A stretch of DNA of 64,000 nt from Squalus acanthias (taxonomy: Eukaryota), in NCBI GenBank assembly GCA_030390025.1, contig CM059431.1:141486001-141550000 (forward strand), written 5' to 3'. The notes beneath the pieces were generated by a model. The model was not told the origin of the DNA and searched no databases. It was given only the letters and a program-made list of their open reading frames with translations. Position numbers and translations under genes: made by a program. Below are positions 49,341 to 61,214 of the stretch, in pieces. Within the stretch, counting starts at the first letter, position 1, and every line of letters begins with the position of its first letter.

Positions 49341-52300
49341 GTAACCCGGGGAGGATGGGCCCATTGAGATCAGACAGTGTGTAACCCGGGGAGGATGGCT
49401 CCAGTGAGATCAGACAGTGTATAACCCGGGGAGGATGTGCCCAGTGAGATCAGAAATTGTGTAACCCGGGGAGGATGGGCCCAGTGAGATCAGACAGAGT
49501 GTAACCCGGGGAGCATGGGCCCAGTGAGATCAGACAGTGGGTAACCCGGGGAGGATGGGCCCAGTGAGATCAGACAGCGTGTAACCCGGGGAGGATGGGC
49601 CCCGTGAGATCAGTCAGTGTGTAACACGGGAAGGATGGGTCCAGTGAGATCAGACAGTGTATAACCCGTGAAGGATGGGCCCAGTGAGATCAGACAGTGT
49701 GCAACCCGGGGAGGCTGGGTCCAGTGAGATGAGACAGGTCGTAACCTGGGGAGAATGGGCCCATTGAGATCAGACACTGTGTTACCCGGGGAGGATGGGC
49801 CCAGTGAGATCAGACTGTGTGTATCCCGGGGAGGATAGGCTCAGTGTGATCAGACAGTGTGGAACCCGGGGAGGCTGGGCCCAGTGAGATCAGACACTGT
49901 GTTACCCGGGGAGGATGGGCCCAGTGAGATCAGGCAGTGTGTAACCCGGGGAGGATAGGCTCAGTGTGATCAGACAGTGTGGAACCCGGGGAGGCTGGGC
50001 CCAGTGAGATCAGACAGTGTGTAACCAGGGGAGGTAGTGACCAGTGAGATCAGACATTGTGTAACCCGGGGAGGATGGGCCCAGTGAGATCAGACAGCGT
50101 GTAACCCGGGGAGGATGGGCCCCGTGAGATCAGTCAGTATGTTACCCGGGGAGGATGGGCCCAGTGAGATCAGACTGTGTGTATCCCGGGGAGGATAGGC
50201 TCAGTGTGATCAGACAGTGTGTTACCCGGGGAGGATGGGCCCAGTGAGATCAGGCAGTGTGTAACCCGGGGAGGATAGGCTCAGTGTGATCAGACAGTGT
50301 GGAACCCGGGGAGGCTGGGCCCAGTGAGATCAGACAGTGTTTATCCCGGGTAGGGTAAGCCCAGTGTGATCAGACAGTGTGTTACCCGGGGAGGATGGAC
50401 CAAGTGAGATCAGACAGTGTGTAACCCGGGGAGGATGGACCAAGTGACATCAGACAGTGTGTAACCCGGGGAGGATGATCCCAGTGAGATCAGACAGTGT
50501 GTAACCCGGGGAGGTTGGGCCACGTGAGATCAGTCAGTGTGTAACCTGAGGAGGATGGGCCCAGTGAGTTCAGACAGTGTGTAACCGGGGAGGATGGGCC
50601 CAGTGAGATCAGACAGTGTGTAACCCGGGGAGGATGGGCCCAGTGAGATCAGACAGTGTGTAACCCGGGGAGGTTGGGCCACGTGAGATCAGTCAGTGTG
50701 TAACCCGGGGAGGTTGGGCCACGTGAGATCAGTCAGTGTGTAACACGGGGAGGATCGGCCCAGTGAGATCAGACAGAGTGTAACCAGGGGAGGATGGGCC
50801 CAGTGAGATCAGACAGTGTGTAACGGGGAGGATAGGCCCAGTGAGATCAGACAGTGTGTTACCCGGGGAGGATGGGCCGAGTGAAATCAGAAATTGTGTA
50901 ACCCGGGGAGGATGGGCCCAGTGAGATCAGACAGAGTGTAACCCATGAAGGATGGGCCCAGTGAGATCAGACAGTGGGTAACCCGGGGAGGATGGGCCCA
51001 GTGAGATCAGACAGCGTGTAACCCGGGGAGGATGGGCCCCGTGAGATCAGTCAGTATGTAACACGGGAAGGATGGGCCCAGTGAGATCAGACAGTGTGCA
51101 ACCCGGGGTGGATGGGCCCAGTGAGATCAGACAGTGTATAACCCGTGAAGGATGGGCCCAGTGAGATCAGAAAGTGTGCAACCCGGGGTGGATGGGTCCA
51201 GTGAGATGAGACAGGTCGTAACCTGGGGAGGATGGGCCCATTGAGATCAGACAGTGAGTAACCCGGGGAGGATTGTCCCAGTGAGATTAGACAGTGTGAA
51301 ACCCGGGGAAGATGGGCCCAGTGAGATCAGACTGTGTGTAACGGGGAGGATGGGCCCAGTGAGATCAGACAGTGTGTTACCCGGAGAGGATGGGCCCAGT
51401 GAGATCAGACTGTGTGTATCCCGGGGAGGATGGGCCCAGTGAGATCAGACAGTGTGTAACCCGGGGAGGATAGGCTCAGTAAGATGAGACAGTGCGTAAA
51501 CCGGGGAGGATGGGTTCAGTGAGATGAGACAGTGCGTAAACCGGGGAGGATGGGCCCAGTGAGATCAGACAGTGTTTATCCCGGGTAGGGTAAGCCCAGT
51601 GTGATCAGACAGTGTGTAACCCGGGGAGGAAGAGCCCAGTGAGATGAGACAGTGCTTAAACCGGGGAGGATGTGTTCAGTGAGATGAGACAGTGCATAAC
51701 CCGGGGAGGATGGGCCCAGTGAGATCAGACAGTTGTTTAACCCGGGGAGGAAGAGCCCAGTGAGTTAAGACAGTGTGTAACCCGGGGAGAATGAGCCCAG
51801 TGAGATCAGTCAGTGTGTAAACCGGGGAGGATGGGCCCAGTGAGATCAGACTGTGTAACAGGGGAGGTTGGTCCCAGTGAGATCAGCCAGGGTGAAACCC
51901 GGGGCTGATGGGCCCAGTGAGATTAGATGGTGTGTAACCCAGGGAGGATGGGCCCAGTGAGATCAGACAGAGTGTAACCCGGGGATTTTGGGCCCAGTGA
52001 GGTCAGACGGTGTGCAACCCGAGGATAATGGGCCCAGTGAGATCAGACAGTGTGTAACCCGGAGAGGATGGGCCCAGTGAGATCAGTCAGTGCGTAACCC
52101 AGGGAGGCTGGGCCCAGTGAGATTGGACAGTGTTTAATCCGGGGAGGATTGTCCCAGTGAGATCAGACAGAGTGTAACCCGGGGAGGATGGGCCCAGTGA
52201 GATCAGATAGTGTGTAACTCGGGGATGATGGGCCCAGTGAGATCAGACAGTGTGTAACCCGGAGAGGATGGGCCCATTGTGATCAGACAGTGTGCAACCC

Positions 52301-52756
52301 GAGGAGGATGGGCCCAGTGAGATCAGTCAGTGCGTAACCCGGGGAGGATTGGTCCAGTGAGATCAGACAGTGTGTAACCCGGGGAGGATGGGCCCAGTGT
52401 GATCAGACTGTGTGTAACCCGGGGAGGATGGGTCCAGTGAGATCAGACAGTGTGTAACCCGGGGAGGATGGGCCCAGTGTTATCAGACAGTGTTTAACCC
52501 GGGGAGGATGGGCCCAGTGAGATCAGACAGTGTTTAATCCGGTGAGGATTGGTCCAGTGAGATCAGACAGTGTGTAACCCGGGGAGGATGGGCCCAGTGA
52601 GATCAGATAGTCTGTAACCCGGGGAAGATGGGCCCAGTGCGATCAGACAGTGTGTAACCCGGAGAGGATGGGCCCAGTGAGATCAGACAGTGTTTAACCC
52701 GGGGAGGTGGCGCCCAGTGAGAACAGACAATGTGCAACCCCGGGAATGATGGGCCT
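49341..52756 (+). repeat. 40-bp minisatellite, ~85 units (GTAACCCGGGGAGGATGGGCCCAGTGAGATCAGACAGTGT)n
   Basis: Directly visible; variant units recur in blocks. Confidence 0.98.
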
Positions 52757-54429
52757 TGTAAATACACCGGCATCTCCGCATCTTGTAAATTCAAACAGCC
52801 CCGCTTTGTCTAATGTGCAGAGAGAAGATGTTACGTTTCAGCATCAAATTCTGGGGATTCGGAGGAAGCCCAGGCGGTTGGCCCGAGGTTCGGAGGAAGG
52901 GACAGAAATACTCGCCTCTAAACCTGAAGAGCCGGAGTACCCCATCAGCGATTGGTCCCACTGTTATCTCGGCAATCTGTGACACATTTTCCGAAATAAC
53001 ATTGGATTTCCTGTTGAAAACTACAGAGAGAAGAAGAGTTTCATAAACCGCGTTATTGATCAGGGCAGGAGCTGAGCTTTGTCTGAAATAAGCAGGGATT
53101 GTATAACTGAGAGCGGCTGGGGTTGGGAATAGTTGGGAGTTAATGCAGTAATCTTTGAGGATAACAAAGTGTTAGTTCGAGCAATATGATGGCGTTTGTT
53201 GGGATTTGGCGATGCTGCTGTGGATTAGAACGAGCAAAGGGAGACCAATCATTTGGTGAGAATGGAGGAAACAGCAGCGAACAAATTAATAACAGCGCTG
53301 TGGTTGGTACGTGGGAATTTACTTCACAGTCAATATTTAGATAATTACATACACGTGCACACTACATTCGACTTCACATCGTCAAATTGTGTTCATTTTC
53401 TACCCTCCCATAATTAGATCACCCGCTAAATGATGGAGTGATTGAGGAAGGTCCACAGCTGGAGTAAACAGGGATTGTCGACTGAGGAACCAGGTGAACC
53501 AGCACAGGATTGTGAGAGTACCAACCGGAGAGAACCCTTCCGATTCAAAGAGCTTCCAGAGATCGACTGTGGATAAAGGTAAGAGCGAGTCCCATTGACT
53601 CAGATACACACATGTCCTGGAGATGGACTGGGGAGAAAGGTCAGAGGGAGTCCCATTGACTCAGATACACACTGGTCCTGGAGATGGTCTGGGGAGAAAG
53701 GACAGAGAGAGTCTCATTGACTCAGATACACACTGGTCCTGGAGATGGCCTGGGGCGAAAGGACAGAAAGAGTCTCATTGACTCAGATACACACTGGTCC
53801 TGGAGATAGACTGGGGAGAAAGGTCAGAGAGATTTTCTCATTGATCCAGATGCTAACTGGTTCTGTAGACAGTGCACAAAGCTAACATGTAATGCAGAAA
53901 ATGATGACAATGAGACTGGGAGAGTCTGACCACCGAGCACAATTATCCAGCATGAGGCCGTGCAATGAAATGTGAAGTGAGGTCAGTTTCTGTCTCTAAA
54001 CACACAGTCACAGCGAATCTTGTGTGTTTTTAGAGTAAAGGGTTTTGATCTAAGAGTTGAGTGAAATCTGAGGCAGAGCCCAGCAGATGGAAACGTGTCT
54101 GTTTATTAGGCGGGGCTGAATTCACATCGACAACATCAGATCTCAATTTTAAAATGGCTCAGATCTGGTGACTAATCAAATGGAAAAATTGAACTGAAAA
54201 CATCATAGTCAATTCACTGATCACAATGAAAACACAATCTGAAAGATCAGCCAAGCGTATCACAGATATAATAAATTATTCATTCACAAACAATCATAAT
54301 TAGAACGAAACATATTTCTAACTACAAACATTGATCATTTGTGATTTATTGATCACTAAAAATATTAGAATTTTAATGTAACAACATGGAGAATTGCAAT
54401 ATATTGATTGACGTCCTATTTGACGCTGA

Positions 54430-54690
54430 GATGAGCTTGCAACCCCATAATCGCTTGATCACCAAATGTGCCTGCTTCCACCACCATAAAAATCACCGGC
54501 TTCTGCCTCAGTCTCTGCTCAACTGCTGCTGGAACCCTCATTCATGCCTTTGTTACCTCTGAACTCTAATATTCCAAAGCTCTCTGGCCGGCGTCTCCTC
54601 ATGCACCCTCTGCAATCTCGAGCTCATCCAAAGCTCGGCTACCCATAACCTAACTGGCACCAATTCCAGTTCATTCATCACCCCTGTGGT
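54430..54690 (+). mobile_element. L2 fragment
   Basis: ctgctggaaccctcattcatgcctttgttacctct..catcacccctgt, an L2 C-terminal signature. Confidence 0.7.
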
Positions 54691-55929
54691 CGGAATGGAT
54701 GTAAACTCACTGATCCCAGGTTCAATCTGGCGGCTGGAACTGCTACAGATGTGCGGGGTTCTGGCGCTGCACAGCCAGGACCGCCCTCCCGTGTAGACTG
54801 AGGCTAATGATTGGATTTCTGTTGTTGTTTGAACAATCTTCTGTTGTTCACTTGTTAACGAATTAAGTCTTAACGTTATAAACACTTTGCTTCTTTCTAC
54901 TTTAACATAATAAAAACAATCTAAAAGCTGAGTATAATTTCATCATATTATAACACAATTTACGTGAACTTTTGTCAGCAGATTTGAGCGTAGGCATGTG
55001 CTCCTCCTTTTACATTTCTTTCTTCTAAAACTTAACACAAAAACTTATTTTTACATACTGTTTCTCTTTATCGAACTGGCAATGCCCTTGCCTGGTCATT
55101 GCAACTTCCATCAGCCGATGCTTACGCACACAAGTTTACATTTCCCTACAACATATGTATATCAACATCCCTTCACGTTGGTTGCAATGTCCTTGTTGAC
55201 ATTCTTATTTGCAGGGATCCCAGTTTTAGTCTAAGGGCCTGAACCTGGTCACTTGATCAAGCTGACTGTTGCTCAGTGAAATCCGTATTTCTCTCTCTCT
55301 CTCCATCTCTCTCAATCTCGCTCGGTCTCAATGAGGCCAACCACTATTGTTTTTGCTCTCTATTGAATGAGCTAAAATTAACACTTTCCAGCAGGGCAAA
55401 TATCCGAATTCCATGCACCAACACAGGCGAATCTTGTCCACTGACAACACAAATCCTAAATTGCAGGAGCGCTGCCCAAGGTTATTGAACAGAAAACCCT
55501 GAGCAAAGGGTCCCCCATTCTCCTGTGTCCGCGGGCAAGGCTCCCCGCCGGCAGCACCAAATCTGAAATAAACGACCTCCATGGTCTCCATAATATCGAT
55601 ATTATACTGCGTGATATGGCAGTACCAGAAATTGCTACCGAATTAAACTATATTTAACATTAAATTGTTAAAATAAGTAAACTGACAGGTCTCAACAAGA
55701 AGCTGGGTGAAACTTTTCAAAAATATGCCCCATCGTAACATCTGTTTCTCGATTTAACAATTTAAGTTGAATTCAATGGATATTAATTAAACATAAAACG
55801 ATGATAAAATTATCACCAAACGTTATTAATTTTCAATCAGAAATTTCAACTTAATTCAAATGAATAATGTTGTGTGTTGTGTCGGAATAGTGGTAGTGAT
55901 CATAATTCAGTTTGAATTGAATAGTTGTG

Positions 55930-57605
55930 GAAAAGGATAAAGATAGACCACAAATACAAATTGGGGAAAGGCAAATTTTACTGAGCTGAGATGTGATTTC
56001 GCAAAAGTCGACCGAAACTGCTACATAAATTAAATCATTGTGAGATCAGTGGAGGCATTCAAGGAAGAGGATTCAGAGCAAATATATTCCCACAAAGAAA
56101 AAGGATGTGACTCCCAAATCTAGGGTCCCCTGGATGTCAAGAGGCTTACAAGGTATGATCATACAAGAAATGGAAGTTTATGTCAGATACCGAGAGCTAA
56201 ATACTGCAGTAAGCCTGGAGGAGTGTAGAAAGTGCAGAGGTGAAATCGAAAAGGAAATTAGGACAACAAAAAGAGGGCACGAAAAAATATTGGCAAGTAC
56301 AACCAATGGAAACATAAGATATTTGATAAATACATAAAGAGCAAGAGGATAACTTAGGAAAGAATAAGGCCTATTAGACACCAAAAAGGTAACCTGTGTG
56401 AGGAGGTGGAAGACGTAGGCATGGTTCTTAATGAATAATTTACGCGTGTCTTCTCAAAAGATGGGGATGAAGCAGACATTGTTTTTAAGGAGATGGAGTT
56501 TGAAATAATAGATGAAATAAACATAGTGAGAGAGGAAATATTAAAGTAGATAAATCGCCAAACACTGATGAAATATATTCCAGGCTGTTAAGAGAATCAA
56601 GGGAAGAAAGATCGGAGGCACTGACGATTATTTTCCAATCCTCTCTGGCTACAGGAGAACTTGAGGACTGCTAACGGGGTACCGTTGTTTAAAAAGAGAG
56701 AAATGGATAGATCGAGTAATTACAGGCTTAACTCGGTGGTGGGCATTTGTGAGGGGCAGTATTAGTCGTTACTTGGAAAGACACGGATTCATCAAGCACA
56801 GTCAGCATGGATTTGTTAAGGGAAGGTCGTGTCTGACTAGCTTGATTGAATTTTTTGAGGAGGTAAAAAGGAGGGTTGATGAGGGTCGTGCATTTGGTGT
56901 AATCTACATGGATATTAGAAAGGCATTTGACAAGGTCCCACATGGCAGACTGCTCAGAAAAGTAGAAGCCCATTGGATCCAAGGGAAAGTGACAAGTTGG
57001 ACCCAAAAGTGGCTCCTTGGCAGGAAGCAAAAGGTAATGGCCGATGGTTGTTTTTGTGACTTGAAAGCTGCTCTCAGTGCGGTGCCGCAGGGATCAGTAA
57101 TAGCTCCTTTCCTTTTTGTGGTATATATCAAGGATTTAGTTTTCAATGTATGGGGCATGATTGAGAAGTTTGCAGATGCTACGGAAATTGGCCGTGTAGT
57201 TGATAGTGAGAAATAAATCTGAACACTGCAGGAAGGTATCAATTGACTGATTCGATGGGCAGATAAGTGGCAAATTGAATTTAGTTCGGAGAAGCGTGAG
57301 GTAATGTTTTTGGGTATGGCTAACAAGGCAAGGAAATGCACAATAAGTGGTAGGATTCCGAGAATTGTAGAGGAAAAGAGTGACCTTGGAGTGCATGTCC
57401 ACGGATCCATGATGGTACCTGGACAGGTAAATACATTGGTTACAAGGCATTCGTGATACTTTCCTTTATTAGCCAAAGCATAGAATATAAGAGCAGGGAG
57501 CTTATGCTAGAACTGTATAAAGCACTAGTTAGGCCACAGCTTGAGTACTGTGTACAGTTCTGGTCACCACATAACAGGAAAATGTGATTGCACTAGTGCA
57601 GGTGC
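55930..57605 (+). mobile_element. Decayed CR1 ORF2 fragment
   Basis: SQHGFVKGRSCLTSLIEFFEEV, KAFDKVPH, VPQGSV, KFADAT. Confidence 0.9.
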
Positions 57606-58454
57606 AGATTCTGTGATTTTAAATTTTCTCGGTGGTCATCTGATCCAGATCCCTGCCTCGAACAAGTGTTTCATTGTATTAAACTGACAGTGGTGTTTGT
57701 GCCGATACTTTCTAGATTCATTCCCGTGCTCTTTCTACACAATCAATTGATTATCGAGTGGACCTGCTTTTAGCAGGAAATACAAACACGATGTTTCAGC
57801 ACTTTAAACACTAATTAGAGTTTTAAGAAATGCCTTGTTTATTCAAATTTTGTAAAAATTCGGATGTGTAAGGTAACTACCAGATGATTTGACATGGAAT
57901 TCAGTATTTTACCAGCAATTAATGGTCACTGTTGACAGTTACAAATTTAGGTGTTTTAAGACAGTCAGATTTTCAGAAAAGGTGGTGTCTATTTCCAGTA
58001 TTGTGAGTATGTTATCGATGTGCTTTGTAGATGTGGCGCAGCTTAATGTTCTTTGCAGTTGGAACTGATGGTGGATTCAGTAACTCCGTAGTGTCAGGTC
58101 TGGTGGTTTAAAAGAAAAACATCCGTTACTGGAATTGCAGCTCCATGGTTATAAAAACTGTCTTAATGTTCAGGGTTAATCTTTCTCTGAACTAAACGGA
58201 CAACAGATGATGTTCCTTTTGTTATTTCCGTTTCAGTTATTGTCGGTGAGTGATTTCCTCTATTGCCAGGGTAACAATCTCTCAGTTCTCAGTAGAAGAG
58301 GCCTTGGCTCCAATTTATATCCGAAAGACCGTGAAACATTCAGTGTAAACTCCTGTCTGTGTAGTCGGCAGTCCAGCAGTAGAAACATCTTCTGGATAAC
58401 TGGATTATTTTAAATACAATATCTATATCAGTAAAATAAGATTATAAAACAGTT

Positions 58455-58650
58455 GCAAAAGCAAAATACTGTGGATGATATAATTATGAAAAAAATACAG
58501 AAGTGCTGGAAATACTCAGCAGGTCAGGCAACGTTTCAGGTTGCTGAGTTCTGACGAAAGGTTATCGACATGAAATGTTAATTCTGTTTCTCTCTCCACA
58601 GATGCTGCCTGACCTGCTGAGTAATTTCAGCAACTTCTGTTTATATTTTA
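58455..58650 (+). mobile_element. Short decayed fold-back PLE derivative (same family as 5383-7466) with a mutated hammerhead
   Basis: Inverted arms actcagcaggtcaggca / tgcctgacctgctgagt; CTGACGAAAGGTTATCGACATGAAATGTT. Confidence 0.75.
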
Positions 58651-59055
58651 TAAAGCTGTTAATTCTGAAAAGTAGTTTATATAGTTACATATAATTCTGA
58701 AGACTTCCTCTTGCCATGGATTTATAACATTTTTCTTACATTGATAAAGCCTGTTTCAATACCCTTTTAATATAGAATATTATTACACGTGTTATTCAGC
58801 AATCCCACCACTGGGAGGGGGAGTCTACAGTCAACATTCGCAAATATTCCCCTGTCATTCTGACCTCTTCCTACAAATGTTGTGAAATGTTATTCTAGTT
58901 CATCTGTCCTCGTATGAGCAAGGTTATCGTGATTCACTATTAATAAATTAAGTCTTATTTGTAAAACACACTACCTGTAAATTTGACACTTATTGTTGGC
59001 CAACAGATTTCCTCTCACATTCACTTCCTGTTACATATCTGACATCAACATTCTA

Positions 59056-59254
59056 TGATGTGGAGATGCCGGTGTTGGACTGGGGTGGACAAATGTGAGA
59101 AGTCGCACAACACCAGGTTATAGTCCAACAGCTTTATTTGAAATCACAAGCTTTCGGAGCGACTTCACCTGACGAAAGAGCAGCGCTCCGAAAGCTTGTG
59201 ATTTCAAATACAGCTGTTGGACCATAACCTGGTGTTGTGCGAGTTCTCACATTT
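59056..59254 (-). mobile_element. Fold-back hammerhead retroposon, copy 2 (shortened centre)
   Basis: Same arms and tail as 26568-26837; 12-bp TSD atcaacattcta; one core CTGACGA-AAGAGC-AGC-GCTCC-GAAAGCTT on the plus strand. Confidence 0.9.
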
Positions 59255-59269
59255 ATCAACATTCTAGTG

Positions 59270-61200
59270 CAACCTCTCCCTCGCCGGTAATAAGTTTTGC
59301 AGGGACCAAGTTCCTGACGAATCGAATAACTAGGGCATTAGATAGGGCTTCAAGCTAATGAAGGAGGCGGGGTGGGAGAATTCAGGAAAAGATACATTGC
59401 AAAGCAGTAAGAGAAATGTGAAGTCTGTAGAGAAGATGTAGCGAATTGGGTACAAAATAATCAGAGTGGGTCAGGAAGGGACAGGGAGTTTAACAAAGAT
59501 ATTGGGCATTAGTGACAAAGGTGACATCAGGGAAATTAGAAAAAAGTTCAAGCTAAAGGCAGTATATCTGAATGAGAGAAGCATTCACAACAAAATAGAA
59601 GAATTAAAAGCACAGATAGAAATACATGGATTTGATCTAATAGTATTACGAAAACGTGGATGTAGAATAACCAAGGTTGGGAGCTACATATTCCAGTATA
59701 CTTGAATTTTAGAAGAGGCAGGCAAAAAGGAAATGTGCGCAGCCCCGATAATAAAGGATTGGATAAAGATAGTAGAGTTAAAGGATGTTAGCTGGGTAAA
59801 TTAAGGTGTAGAAACTGCAAGGGACAATAAACAGCGGTGTTCTTAATTTATAGCCCTCATAACAGTAGTTGTAATGTCAGTTACAATATAAATCAGTAAA
59901 TTAGAGGTACTTTTAACAAGGGGAATCATTGGTTACTTTAATTTTCATATAGGCTGGAAAAAAAGCATTTGCAGCAATAGTGCGGGAAACGGATTCAAGA
60001 TAGTTTTCCAGATCAGTATGTGGAAGAACCAACTAGGGAACAGGCTATTTTAGAAATGGTATTGTGCAATAAGACAGGGTTAATTAACAACCATGTATTT
60101 AAGGAACCTCAGGGGAAGAGTGATCACAATATGATAGCATTTTAAATTGTCTTTGAGAATGGTTTAATTAAGCCCGATATATGTTCTTAATACTGAATAA
60201 AGCGAACTACGTAGGGCTGAGGGGTGAGTTAGCTAACGTAGATTAGGAAATGAGATTAAAAGATATAATATTACATCACCAATTGCAAACATGTGAAGAA
60301 ACAATTCATAATTCACAAAGAATATACTTTACCTTAAGAATATACTTTACCTTAAGATAAAAAAAAACACGAGAACATTGTTCCAACCATGGTTAACAGT
60401 GCGTTTAAAATAGTATTAGATTAAAGGAAGAGGCTTAAAATGCTGCCAAAAATTATAGTAAGCCTGAGGATTGGGAAGATTTAGAATTCAGCAAAGTAGG
60501 ACCAAGAAATTGAAAAATAAGGGGTAAAGAGAATATGAGAGTAAACTAGGAAACGACTTTAAACAGACTGTAAAAACTTCTATAGGAATATAAAAAGGAA
60601 GAGATTAGCGAAAGTAAACGTGGTCCCTTACAGGCAGAGACAGGGTAAATGATAATGGGGAATAAGGAAATGGCCGAGACATTAAACAAATACTTTGTAT
60701 CTGTCTTTAAGTAAAAATACCAATAAAACATTCCGGAACCATTGGAGATCCAAGGGTCTACTAAAAATGAGGAACTTAAAGAAATTAGTATGATTAAAGA
60801 AATAGAACTGAAGAAATTAATGGGACTAAAAGCAGACAAATCCGCAGGACCAGATGGCCTACATCCTCGGGTTCTAAAGAAAAACGTGGCTGCAGAGATA
60901 GTGGGTGCATTGGTTTTGATATTCCTGAGTTCTCTATATTCAGGAACGGACCCGGCGGATAGGAAGGTAGCAAATGTAACCGACTATTAAAGAAAGGAGG
61001 GAGAGAGAATACAGGGAACTATAGACCAGTTAGCCTAACATCGGCAATAGGAAAATGCTGGAATATATTATTGGAGACGTGGTAACATGTCACTTAGAAA
61101 ATCAGAATCTGATTGAGAAGAGCCAACAAGAAATTATGAAAGGAGAAGTCGTGTTTGACAAATCTGTTAGAGTTTTTTTGAGGTTTTAACAGAGCTTAGT
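59270..61200 (+). mobile_element. Old CR1 (endonuclease to early RT), heavily decayed
   Basis: KAVYLNERSIHNKIEEL; LKADKSAGPDGLHPRVLK. Confidence 0.85.
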
Positions 61201-61214
61201 GCCTAGGCAACAGA

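Noticed and set aside
45453..49364. Many overlapping or antisense ORFs inside Tx1
   Set aside because: Expected in very GC-rich sequence with few stop codons; no independent motifs.
49341..52756. CRISPR-like regular array, or RAG recombination signals (CACACTG on the minus strand)
   Set aside because: Units are contiguous with no unique spacers and no cas genes; the heptamer is non-consensus and no ACAAAAACC nonamer lies at 12 or 23 bp.
54685..54730. tRNA/SINE-like A and B boxes (TGGTCGGAATGG..GGTTCAATC)
   Set aside because: Spacing is too short and there is no cloverleaf; insufficient support.
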